From Phycisphaerae bacterium (GTDB lineage: Bacteria > Planctomycetota > Phycisphaerae > UBA1845 > Fen-1342), in NCBI GenBank assembly GCA_050115495.1, contig JASFQK010000012.1, forward strand, positions 86,057-150,056: a DNA stretch of 64,000 nucleotides, written 5' to 3'. Of this stretch, positions 20,501-28,743 are shown in pieces; within the stretch, counting starts at the first letter, position 1, and each line of letters begins with the position of its first letter. Below the pieces are notes generated by a model, which was not told the origin of the DNA, did not search any database, and saw only the letters and a program-made list of their open reading frames with translations. The position numbers were made by a program, and so were the translations under genes.

Positions 20501-20715
20501 CCGTAGGCGTTGATCTCGTTGGCGATGTGCATGGCCAGCTCATCGTCGCGAACGTAGCCATCGGACGTGATGATCGTGGAGTGCACGCCGGGCGGCTGTT
20601 GCCCCGGTCGCCCGTCACCGACCCCCGCCATCGCTACGCCGCCCAGCATTCCAGCGGCGACCAGCACGATCCCCCCCGCCAGCCCCCCGCACCAGGCCGT
20701 TGAGGATCTCTTCAT
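17581..20715 (-). CDS. Secreted multidomain protein: caspase/legumain-like (clan CD) peptidase domain with permuted motif order, Pro-rich linker, beta-sandwich domains, dockerin-like tail
   Basis: GAGGAG RBS before ATG 20715 and a signal peptide. IILNTCYGGGF precedes LLLHFTDHGG. Also KPPPPWPPWPKEKPPPPPP linker and terminal GDLNCDG..NNFDISPF...ADINGDG..DNFDITPF. Confidence 0.75.
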   Translation of the reverse strand: MKRSSTAWCGGLAGGIVLVAAGMLGGVAMAGVGDGRPGQQPPGVHSTIITSDGYVRDDELAMHIANEINAYGGQVADVKIILNTCYGGGFETEITFIFGPTGPCPGVPWMFASAAQWYEYAWAFRAEWCEDPTANLGSKLTSALAGPQSGHWDPTPGAMLDAGSNNVLADLTTAVQHDEAGPYHEQAENPVVTGGNGGQNIVWNAPGTSHEVILFGGRMDQPAYYNDMDNMQAALTGLYGGAPCTMQVLPNGTRQDLLDAISAACANLDANTQLLLHFTDHGGFVVDVVEHLIAQGQPPPYVVPNFLDTIIWKPPPPWPPWPKEKPPPPPPEEWEEPELDLTLLFPIDSGFWIVRLNDDPIPLPPGILTGELTLPVAWESFREGENHLTIEAVGEPSGPFVFDAMVLTSGPVAMGTEPPADWAVRTAVGYGFAATWLPGSATPGYVPAQVSWPEWTCGGPLMHYYSDPAWPDKQGFWGVMGPLETATLTAHVFNTDSLAEKQHVVITADIMACDPTDDAWNVVVQPPPGEDTRPPAAFTPQVTGETANADGSLHCTWEMDLVPVPPFENVTFTLKTGSGAGSFIFIDNITIDTTGEPKDKSTEPEGVPPEQTEKSEAAYYYFNSTEWPPEAHYEVLPTWYEGTLWDRLGTFPPEWLPEVTDHRGVLGLPGEFPADGKLMVHFDDEAELDGREHVSCQFDRYSGGGTVFCEPVLPPESAIENLHEEVEVLEAGWERVHLTYDVVPPPAWQEVHWLMFANGSGGAVAIDNFAMSSSTWWADHWHDAFDFHDVGAGLQDIYGWKGWDNNPAADAIVTDAEKRTPFHSVMVEGAADLVHELDAPAARWMFTTWQYVPADFESGCDASDNCGSYFILLNTYNDGGPYHWSVQLHADSVTGSFIRDQETPVSMPLITDQWVKIDVLIDLNEDWYRTYYDGVQLGTAASWTAGVFGGGGGVLDIAAVDLYANTSTALYYDDLYLRPLLPGDLNCDGDVNNFDISPFVKAVGHPEMYAADFPGCERFNADINGDGAVDNFDITPFVRLLAPE

Positions 20716-21045
20716 GGCGTTCTCCTCTTTTGTACCCGAACAGAAGTGGGTCTGCGCCACGGCGCTTCTCGACCGGCTCACATGAAATCCGTCACAGCGC
20801 CGTTTATCCCGGAATCTTCGACATGACGTCGCCCGGCGCACGCCCGGGCCACGCTCTTATTATACCCCGATACCGCCTCCTGCGGCCCCCATTCTCCCCG
20901 AATACCGCCCTGCCCGTCGCCCCCGGACCAGCCGCACCGTCGCTTCAGGCCTGCTGCGGCGATCGGCTGGGCAATCTTCCACAGTCCGAGCAGAATACCT
21001 CCCCGGGACCGCCACGCTGGCGTCCCGAACACTGGGGATGAATAC

Positions 21046-21876
21046 ATGACCGGCGACTCGGCGGGACAACCTGATGCGCCGTCCGATCTCGGCGAACACC
21101 CGCCCATAGCGGTCATCGAGACCGACCGCTTCTGCGATGGTTGCGGCTACAACCTGCGCACGCAGGCCATCCACCGCGATCCGCGTACCGGCATCCTCCT
21201 GTGCCGCTGCCCGGAATGCGGCCGGTTCCACGCCGCCGCCGACCACGCCACAACGGTAGGCAGGCTCTGGCTGAAGCGGCTGGCCGCGGCCCTGCTGGTC
21301 GGCTGGATACTGACGATCCTGGCGGCAGTCTTCGGCCTCGGCCTGGTCCAGGTGATCCTATGCTTCGGGACTCTCGACGAGCTGACGTACTGGGGACCGG
21401 GGTCGCCGCAGCAGGCCGTTGTCAGTGGCGGTAAGCTCACGTTCGTCTCGACGAGCACGTCGTATACGCGCTGGCAGCGCTACGTACGAGAGGACTACGA
21501 GTGGCGGCCGCAACTCCTGCTGCTCATGAACGGGCTCTCCGCCGCCGCCGGCTTCGGCGTGACCTTTCTGGCCGCGGTGGCCCTGGCGCATTGGCGGCGA
21601 TGGTGGTACCTGGCCCCGCTCGTGCTGATCTCACTGGGGGCCGGTCTGATCGCCTGGTTGGCCTGGTGTGACGACGCCGCCAATCTCGAAGCCTGGAGCC
21701 GGCCGTACATCGCCTCGCAGACCGCCGCGCACCTGGTTGGCGGCCTGGCCGGCATTCTGTGGGGACGGCCGCTGGCTCGCGGGATCGTACGGGTGTTGCT
21801 GGCCCCGCGTCACCGGGGTCTCTTCACGTACCTCTGGCTGGCCGACGGCAAACCTCCGCCGACAATCAACAGCTAG
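21046..21876 (+). CDS. Zn-ribbon (CxxCGYNL..CPECG) multi-TM membrane protein
   Basis: CDGCGYNLRT...CPECG followed by about 4 TM helices. Confidence 0.75.
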   Translation: MTGDSAGQPDAPSDLGEHPPIAVIETDRFCDGCGYNLRTQAIHRDPRTGILLCRCPECGRFHAAADHATTVGRLWLKRLAAALLVGWILTILAAVFGLGLVQVILCFGTLDELTYWGPGSPQQAVVSGGKLTFVSTSTSYTRWQRYVREDYEWRPQLLLLMNGLSAAAGFGVTFLAAVALAHWRRWWYLAPLVLISLGAGLIAWLAWCDDAANLEAWSRPYIASQTAAHLVGGLAGILWGRPLARGIVRVLLAPRHRGLFTYLWLADGKPPPTINS

Positions 21877-21900
21877 CCCGGCTCCGCGCCGCCGCCCGCC

Positions 21901-22101
21901 CTATTTCCCCTTCTTCTTTTGATCCTGCTGCTCCAGTTCCTGCAAGTCGCGTTGCAGCAGATAATCCGACCCGCGCCGGGCGTTTGCCAACGACCGCTGC
22001 GCTTCGCACGTCGTCTTCAGATCGCGCCGCAACTCCGCCCGCTTCTCGGAGGCTTGATGGGACCGGAACAGCCCGCCAAACAACCGCATCAACCAGTACA
22101 T
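21901..22101 (-). CDS. Small hypothetical protein (66 aa)
   Basis: GGAGGG RBS 7 nt before ATG 22101; amphipathic N-terminus and helical, charged C-terminus. Confidence 0.5.
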   Translation of the reverse strand: MYWLMRLFGGLFRSHQASEKRAELRRDLKTTCEAQRSLANARRGSDYLLQRDLQELEQQDQKKKGK

Positions 22102-22356
22102 CGAGTGTCCCTCCGAGTAACCACAGCACGCGACCGCAACGCCAGCCCCTACACAGAGCCCTGAACGTACAAGTCCCACTCAGTCGGCGCCCGGCAACGC
22201 TGCTGATAATCCTCGATGTCATCGTACCCGTTCGCAGCAGTCGCATGCAAGATCGACTCGTGCGATCGAGGCTCCAGACCGAGCGCGCCCATGACTGACA
22301 CCCCTTCGGCCAGTTGCGACAGCCGATGCTCCCCCCTCTCCCGCCCCACCATGCAA

Positions 22357-22386
22357 GAAGGCCGGACGTAACAGCGCCCGGCCTTC
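22357..22386 (-). terminator. Hairpin downstream of PEP-CTERM gene, probable terminator
   Basis: GAAGGCCGG...CCGGCCTTC inverted repeat about 30 nt after the stop at 22416. Confidence 0.45.
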
Positions 22387-22415
22387 CGATGTCGTCTTGA
22401 TGAAACCCGCTTCGG

Positions 22416-23021
22416 CTAACGCCGACGCAGCAGCGTCAGCGCACCGACAGCCAGCAGCCCCAGGCTCGCCGGCTCCGGAATCGTCGTGCCAACCACGACG
22501 TCGTCCAGCGTCACGAACAGGCCCGCGTCTGGCTCCGGCGACAGGGTCACGCTCGTAATCGGAATGTCACTGGTGAAACCGGTGAACGCACTCGTGTACG
22601 GTGAGTCGAGCACCACACTCGTCCCGTCGTTCAAGGCGACTGTCAGATCACCTTCCACTGCCCCGAACACGACGTTCGTCACGTAGAAGGACCCACCGAA
22701 CGCCGTCACCGGAGCACCGACGAACGTGATCGTTACGTCATAGCCCGCGCTGTTCGTGCCCACGGTACCCACGCAAGGCGTGCCGCCGGCGACGTCTTCG
22801 CCCCAGACGTAGAGATCGTCCAGCGACGCCACGTTCCACGCGTACGTCCCGTCCGTGAAGCCCGGCGGCGAGAGTTCCGACTCCGCCGGGGCGCCGAAGC
22901 TCTCCAGGTAGTAGCCCGACTCAACGTGCGACAGAAAGTCGCTCTGGTTGTCATAGGTCGTGGCCGCGAATGCTGCACCCGCGGTCAGAAGAACCACTGC
23001 CATTGCCATGTACTGCTTCAA
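22416..23021 (-). CDS. PEP-CTERM sorting-domain protein
   Basis: GGAGGAAGG RBS before TTG 23021, signal peptide (…AGAAFA) and C-terminal IPEPASLGLLAVGALTLLRRR. Confidence 0.87.
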   Translation of the reverse strand: MKQYMAMAVVLLTAGAAFAATTYDNQSDFLSHVESGYYLESFGAPAESELSPPGFTDGTYAWNVASLDDLYVWGEDVAGGTPCVGTVGTNSAGYDVTITFVGAPVTAFGGSFYVTNVVFGAVEGDLTVALNDGTSVVLDSPYTSAFTGFTSDIPITSVTLSPEPDAGLFVTLDDVVVGTTIPEPASLGLLAVGALTLLRRR

Positions 23022-23307
23022 TTTCCTTCCTCCATTCTCCGGGGAGTCCTGGGGGTTCTGTACCGCCGTCGCCCACCGGGCCACACAGCCCCAGCGACAG
23101 TCTTCCGGACAGAATTCGTTGGCGGGATCGTCTTACAGCCCGTCTAGCGAAGTACCGCATATTACGCAAGAAAACGCGGCCGGTCAAACACTACGGCTTG
23201 TCGTCTTTGCCTCCGTGGCACGCCCAATAATGTCACCCGCGCCCTCACGCATGTGCCTGGACTATTCTCGGAATCACAGCGCTGCGTCACCTCGCGCGCA
23301 GCAGCCG

Positions 23308-24555
23308 CTACGCCGGTCGCTCGGGGAGTTCGTACCGGATGGCCAGTGATGTGGGAATCGCCGGGAATGCCACGCGAACGCGGTAGACGTTGAGCCGGTT
23401 GCCGTCGCAGCCCAGCTTGCTGATCACGTAGCGCACCATCTCGCCGTAACGCGGCACTTCCCGGCTGTGTACGACCGAAGGGCCCCGGCCGATAAGCTCG
23501 ACCGTCTCGACGATCGGCAGCGCGTTGCGGGCATGGCCGCCCGGGAACTGCGGTCCGCCGGCGAGCTCGGAGTGCAGCACGACCGTCGGCTCCAGGTCGC
23601 GGAACACATCCTCGTGCACCAGCACATCAAAGAGCAGCTTGTCGCACGGCGTACGCAGACGCACGATGTGGTTGCCGAAACTATTGTGCTCCTCGCGATA
23701 GCTCGTGGCGACGTTGTGGCCCACTTCGGCGGTGATGCACGTCACCGCACCCGTGTTCCCTACCGGCCCCTCCACCAGCTCGTCTTCCAGGAACCCGTCC
23801 GCGCTCGCCACCCGCCGGAATCGTGGAAGCGGCTGCGAGCAGAACTGACGCAGCAGCGGCACTGGCGGTTTTTCGATCCCGGCGCCTTCCGGTGCGTCGA
23901 TCGGCGTCAGCACGAACGGCGTGCGCACCTGGCCATCGTCGTCCGCACAGCGGGCCCGTGACACGACCCACGTCACATTCGGCCGCATCCGCCGCAGACC
24001 GACGAACCCACGCAGCGACGCGATGTCGATCCGCCCCCGCTCCGTCCCCGGCAGCACAAAATCAGCCTTGAACTGCGTCGCCGCATGCACCCCCCAGATA
24101 TGCGCGTTCGCCCGGACAGCGGCCTTCCGATGGGGCAGATCGACGGCGACCCGGCCACGCTTCGCGAAGCTGGCCGCCATCGTCCCCAGCGAAACCCGGT
24201 CGCCTGCATGCCGGTCGACGAGATCCTCAAAGTCGGCGAGAGCCCGTGTCGCCGATTCCACCAGCGCCGTCGGCGTGCTGCGGTCAGCGGCGGCTCGCAG
24301 GAACGTCCGAATAGCCGCCGGCCCGGGAACGTGCTGCGCCGCCATGAAGACGTCATCCCCGTGCGCGATCTTCAGTATCTTCCAGCCCAGCGTCTTGTCG
24401 ATCCCCAGGACCTTGTGCAGCTCGCCTGGTTGAGCGGCGCTAAGTGACACGGAATCAACGATTTGCGCGAACGAATCGCGCAGCCGGCCCAGCACCCGTT
24501 CGGCCTGCGACTCGAAACTCTGCGGCTGTTCTTCTGTTGTATGAGAGGTGTTCAT
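23308..24555 (-). CDS. Uncharacterised ~415-aa protein with N-terminal HTH-like motif, putative transcriptional regulator (paralog of 45798..47042)
   Basis: PGELHKVLGIDKTLGWKI resembles a Cro/CI-type HTH, and motifs are shared throughout with 45798..47042. Confidence 0.75.
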   Translation of the reverse strand: MNTSHTTEEQPQSFESQAERVLGRLRDSFAQIVDSVSLSAAQPGELHKVLGIDKTLGWKILKIAHGDDVFMAAQHVPGPAAIRTFLRAAADRSTPTALVESATRALADFEDLVDRHAGDRVSLGTMAASFAKRGRVAVDLPHRKAAVRANAHIWGVHAATQFKADFVLPGTERGRIDIASLRGFVGLRRMRPNVTWVVSRARCADDDGQVRTPFVLTPIDAPEGAGIEKPPVPLLRQFCSQPLPRFRRVASADGFLEDELVEGPVGNTGAVTCITAEVGHNVATSYREEHNSFGNHIVRLRTPCDKLLFDVLVHEDVFRDLEPTVVLHSELAGGPQFPGGHARNALPIVETVELIGRGPSVVHSREVPRYGEMVRYVISKLGCDGNRLNVYRVRVAFPAIPTSLAIRYELPERPA

Positions 24556-24564
24556 CGCACACCT

Positions 24565-24593
24565 AATCTAGTTGCATCCGGCCCCCGAGTCAA
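24565..24593 (-). promoter_or_regulatory. Sigma70-type promoter of the HTH-like gene (near-leaderless)
   Basis: Minus strand TTGACT-N17-TAGATT; the -10 ends 9 nt before ATG 24555. Confidence 0.55.
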
Positions 24594-24637
24594 CGAATAC
24601 TTCTCCAGATCCATTTTTAGAAACCCATACAAAACCG

Positions 24638-24666
24638 TTGACACAAACATGATCGTTCGATAAAAC
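24638..24666 (+). promoter_or_regulatory. Sigma70-type promoter of the beta-propeller gene
   Basis: TTGACA-N17-TAAAAC preceded by an A-rich tract. Confidence 0.55.
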
Positions 24667-24760
24667 TGGATTCATTAGCTCGACCTGGACGGGTGCCGCC
24701 TTGGTGGTCGGAGTGCTCTGACCAACGGCACGGAGCGTGCGGGGGGTGGAGGAAGCGGTT

Positions 24761-26131
24761 ATGTATCGTGCGCTGACTCGGTTTGCCTTACCAACGGGTC
24801 TCGTGCTGGCTCTGTCCCTCGCGGCATTCGCCCAGACAGCCCAGCTCGTCGAATTCCCCGACCCCGCCAAGTTCTATCAGAACTCCTCGTTCATCATCGA
24901 CCGCAACGTCGCCTTCGTGCCCACCTACGACAACGACACGTTGTGGTCCTTCTCTACTGTCACCGGCGAATTGCTCGACCCCAACGGGCTGGCCCTGGCC
25001 GGCAACGCCTCCGACCCGTTCCTCTTCGCCGGCGACAAGCTTGCCATGCCCGGCTGGTTCCCCAACCAGGGCGTGTTCGTGGCCGATATCTCCGATCCCG
25101 CCAACATCAAGGAAATCGGCGTCATCAGTCTTCCGACGACCACGAACATCCAGGGGCAGGAAATCGCGGTGGATGAGAACGGCTACATCGGCTACGTCGC
25201 CGGCTTCCCAAACGACACGCTGTACTCGTTCAACGTCAACACCCTGCAACTCGAGGACATGGATGGCCTGGTTCTGCCGGGCAACCCGGACCGCATCGCT
25301 CTCGGTGCCGACTACCGCCTGGCGATCGTCGATACGACGAACAAGGTCATCATGGTTGTCGACGTCGCCGACCCGGCGAACCTCACGCTGATCGGCACCA
25401 TTACCCTGCCCGGCACCGGCAGCTTCGGTTCCAACGATGTGATCGCCATCGCCGAGGACGGACACACGGCGTATATCGCCGCCGACAACCGTGTCCTGTA
25501 CTCCTTCGACCTCGCCACGATGTCGGTGCTCGACCCCGACGGCGTGTCGTTCGGCACGCAGGGTGGCTCTTACGGCGTCGTGCTCCACGGTGACCGCGCC
25601 GCCGTCCCCTGGGATCGCGGCCTCACCTTCTTCGACATCAGCGACCCGACCAACCTGACGGTCGTCTCCAACGCCGCCTTCGGCGGCACCGTCGCTCCGC
25701 AGGGCAACGGCGTGGTTTCGTTCAGCCAGGACGGGACGAAGGCGATCATGCCCGTGATCTACCCGGGCAACTACGTGTACTCGTTCTACGTCGAGACCGG
25801 CGCCCAATTCGCGACGCGCTATGAGGTAAGCGCCCAGCCGAACCTCACGGCCATCTACGGCGCCGATCTGATCGGCGTCCTCTGCAACAGCGGCGATAAC
25901 AGCAAGATCTGGCTCATCGGCGGGCTGCTCGACGGCGACTGGGCCGCCGACATGAACTGCGACGGCGTGATCGACAACTTCGACATCAGCCCCTTCCTCG
26001 CCGCCCTGCTCGACCCGACCACCTACCAGGAGGACTATCCGCTCTGCGACCCGATGAACGCCGACTGCAACGACGACGGCGAAGTCAACAACTTCGACAT
26101 CAAGCCGTTCATCGACCTTCTCTTGGGGTAG
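24761..26131 (+). CDS. Secreted beta-propeller (LVIVD-like repeats) protein with dockerin-like tail
   Basis: Signal peptide, repeats VADISDPAN / VVDVADPAN / FFDISDPTN alternating with LYSF...DPDG, and terminal [15 protein letters not shown]...ADCNDDG..NNFDIKPF. Confidence 0.82.
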   Translation: MYRALTRFALPTGLVLALSLAAFAQTAQLVEFPDPAKFYQNSSFIIDRNVAFVPTYDNDTLWSFSTVTGELLDPNGLALAGNASDPFLFAGDKLAMPGWFPNQGVFVADISDPANIKEIGVISLPTTTNIQGQEIAVDENGYIGYVAGFPNDTLYSFNVNTLQLEDMDGLVLPGNPDRIALGADYRLAIVDTTNKVIMVVDVADPANLTLIGTITLPGTGSFGSNDVIAIAEDGHTAYIAADNRVLYSFDLATMSVLDPDGVSFGTQGGSYGVVLHGDRAAVPWDRGLTFFDISDPTNLTVVSNAAFGGTVAPQGNGVVSFSQDGTKAIMPVIYPGNYVYSFYVETGAQFATRYEVSAQPNLTAIYGADLIGVLCNSGDNSKIWLIGGLLDGDWAADMNCDGVIDNFDISPFLAALLDPTTYQEDYPLCDPMNADCNDDGEVNNFDIKPFIDLLLG

Positions 26132-26340
26132 TATCGCCTGACGACGCGGCGGCACGTCGAAGCTGCGACGGCGATTCTCCGGCCCGCGGAATTCGTCGTC
26201 GACCGCCGCCTCGCGACCGCACGGAAGGGAGAGCCGCCAGTGACGGGCGGCACGAGCCTCTGCAAGAGGCGATGGAGCGCGCCCCGGGTAAGGCACTGCC
26301 GAACCCGGGGCGGCGTTTCACCGGGCCGGAGTTCCCAAGC

Positions 26341-26453
26341 TTATGGATTAGTCTCCGGTCGGTCGGGCGTCCGAGGCTGTGGATCAATCTCAGGTGGGTC
26401 GGGCGTCCGAGCCTGTGAATCAACACTGGGTGGGTCGGGCGTCCCGCCCGACA
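26341..26453. repeat. Three 36-bp-period tandem units built on a REP-like core GGTCGGGCGTCC
   Basis: Core at 26361, 26397 and 26433; the last unit completes the hairpin GTCGGGCGTCCCGCCCGAC. Confidence 0.75.
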
Positions 26454-26477
26454 TTCGTCCTCCTGATCCCTTTGTTT

Positions 26478-26693
26478 CCGCGCGCCCTCCAGGCGAAAAA
26501 GACACAGAGGGGTTGAGGCTCCCGGCCCAGGGACTGAAGTCCCCGGCAACCAACGCGTGCCCTCCGGGCGAAGACGCATCGCGCATCCGCTTCCCCGCCC
26601 GGAGGGCGCACGACCGTAGCCAGGGACTTCAGTCCCTGGTCAAGGACGACGCCCCCCCCTTCTCTCTTCTCTTCGCCCGGAGGGCGCACGATC
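26478..26693. repeat. Inverted pair of REP-like palindromic units (BIME-like)
   Basis: CCAGGGACTGAAGTCCCCGG..GTGCCCTCCGGGCG versus inverted CGCCCGGAGGGCGCAC..GTAGCCAGGGACTTCAGTCCCTGG, with extra copies near 26480 and 26672. Confidence 0.7.
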
Positions 26694-26872
26694 CACCCAG
26701 CGTCGAGGATTGTCTCCCGAACTCAGACGCCTGCCTCACCCAGTGCTGAGGACTGCTTCACAAGCTGTCCTCCCGCTCCTCGGCCAGACCGTGAGTCCCC
26801 CCCGTCCCCAAATCCAAAGCGGCCGCCCGAGTTGGGCGGCCGCTCTGTTGCTCAACGAAGGGGAAAGATCGT

Positions 26873-27871
26873 TTACGACTGGAAGACGGTCTCTTCGAGC
26901 TGCGTTCGCAGCTTCTCGAGTGCTCGATTCTGAATTTGCCGCACGCGCTCCTTGCTCACGCCCAGCAGCGCCCCCACCTGCTCCAGCGTCGGTGCCCGCC
27001 GACGGCCCTCTTCCGGCTCGCCATCCTCCAGCGAGAAGCGGGCGTTGATCACCCGTCGCTCCACGCTGCTGAGGTCGGCGGTGTTCTCCGCCAGAATGCT
27101 CTGCAGGCCGGTGACGCAATCCTGGCTGTCCTCCAGGCGCTTGGTTTCGAGATCGTCGCTGCGCTCCAGCGACGGGTCGTATGGCGCGGGGAATTGGTTG
27201 CGGTAGCGGGCCGTCTTCGCCCCGAGACGGGCGAAGCTGCTCATGATCGCCCGGCAGGCGTACGTGCTGAACTTGAATCCCCGCGTGCAGTCGAACTTGT
27301 CCACGCACCGCAGCAGGGCCAGGTTGCCCTCGCTGATCAGATCGCCCAGCTCGACGCCCATGGTCCGCGTTCGCCGGGCCATCGCCATCACCAGCGACGT
27401 GTTCAACCGCACGATCGCGTTCCGCGTCAGCAGCGCCTCACGCAGCCACCGCAGAATCTCGCGCGACGCCGTCAGGCCCAGCCGCTTATCCGCGTGCTTG
27501 CGCACGATCAGCATGATGCGGTACCGGCAGTAGTTGAACCGCAGGAACAGGGCCCGCTCCTCGTCCTGCGACAGCACGCGGTGCCGCCGCGGGGCCAACA
27601 GGTCCATCCCGCTGTCGTCGTTCTGGGCGACATTTCGAGTGTCTTCCGACTCGTCCGGAAGCGGCTCCAGCAGGTTCCGCTCCGCGTTCCCCCGTCGAAA
27701 CGACGGGTCGTAGACACACTCCAGCGTTCCGTCCAGCACTTCAGCCAGCAGGTGCTCGCTGGATTTCGACAGTCGCCGGAGTGCGGCCGGCGTGGGCATC
27801 TTTGCCCGTGGCGCCAACTTCCGCAGCCCGAAGGCCTTGCCGGAGGTTCGTTCTGAGGTTGGCTTACTCAT
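26873..27871 (-). CDS. Sigma-70 family RNA polymerase sigma factor (RpoD/RpoS-like regions 2 and 4)
   Basis: DLISEGNLALLRCVDKFD.TRGFKFSTYA and TLEQVGALLGVSKERVRQIQNRALEKLR. Confidence 0.9.
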   Translation of the reverse strand: MSKPTSERTSGKAFGLRKLAPRAKMPTPAALRRLSKSSEHLLAEVLDGTLECVYDPSFRRGNAERNLLEPLPDESEDTRNVAQNDDSGMDLLAPRRHRVLSQDEERALFLRFNYCRYRIMLIVRKHADKRLGLTASREILRWLREALLTRNAIVRLNTSLVMAMARRTRTMGVELGDLISEGNLALLRCVDKFDCTRGFKFSTYACRAIMSSFARLGAKTARYRNQFPAPYDPSLERSDDLETKRLEDSQDCVTGLQSILAENTADLSSVERRVINARFSLEDGEPEEGRRRAPTLEQVGALLGVSKERVRQIQNRALEKLRTQLEETVFQS

Positions 27872-28422
27872 AGCCCGCTCACAATCCTTCCTTGAGGTCC
27901 GATTCGCTCTATCTGAATACTTATACGAGCCTGGCAGCCGTGAGTTTGGTTAATTCGTCCCGAAACGGTCCAGCATACGAGAAATCGCCCCAAACTGGTG
28001 CGATTTCATGGCTCGATCTTCGCGGCTGTCATATTACGTACAACCCATTCTCAATCTCGGGAACTCGCCTGTTTCACGAACGCTCTGCGGCCCGGCAGAC
28101 GCCCGCTGTTCCTGTTGGGGTTCATTCTCCGCGTGCTGCTGTAGCACGCATGTTCGATACTCGCGAAGGCGAAGACAGTGCAGTTACTTCACGGCTGTCT
28201 TCGCGTGGCCCGGCAACACCTACCTGTATCATGCGCGATTCCGCGACATTTTGCATTGCCGACCGCACCTTTTTTCGCCACTTTATCGAAGCTTTCTACC
28301 CTGTTTTAACCGGCACGCGCAGAAATTGTTCCCGCGCGTCAAGATTTCCTGCGAAAACTGTCCGGAACGGTCCCCCACCCAGCCGAATCGCGACGCGGAG
28401 CATCGCACTATGCCGCAATCGG

Positions 28423-28737
28423 CTACGACTTCGACGGCGTGGCCTTTTTCTTGGACTTGCTCGTGGACTCGCTCTTCTCTGACGTCTTGGATCCGCTGTC
28501 GCTGGACGGCGTCGGGGAGGCGACATCTGCCGCCGCCGCCTTCTTGTAGGCCGAACTGCGATAATCCGTCTCGTAGAATCCGGAGCCCTTGAAGATGATT
28601 CCCCCACCGCGCCCGATCAGCCGTTCGAGCGTCCGCCGCTTGCAGTTCGGACACGTCTTCAGCGATTTCGCCGTGATCGACTGAAACTGCTCGAACTCGT
28701 ACCCACAGCCTTCGCAGCGATACTCATACGTCGGCAT
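28423..28737 (-). CDS. FmdB-family zinc ribbon protein
   Basis: MPTYEYRCEGCG..FE..QS....CPNC...IFKGSGFYETDY. Confidence 0.9.
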   Translation of the reverse strand: MPTYEYRCEGCGYEFEQFQSITAKSLKTCPNCKRRTLERLIGRGGGIIFKGSGFYETDYRSSAYKKAAAADVASPTPSSDSGSKTSEKSESTSKSKKKATPSKS

Positions 28738-28743
28738 GCTCAA

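Noticed and set aside
26341..26453. Possible mini-CRISPR
   Set aside because: The total period is only 36 bp, the linkers resemble one another and there are no cas genes; it fits a REP-derived tandem repeat better.
27892..28482. ORFs upstream of the sigma factor gene
   Set aside because: The region is AT-richer with atypical codon usage and no RBS or motifs; it is more likely regulatory DNA.
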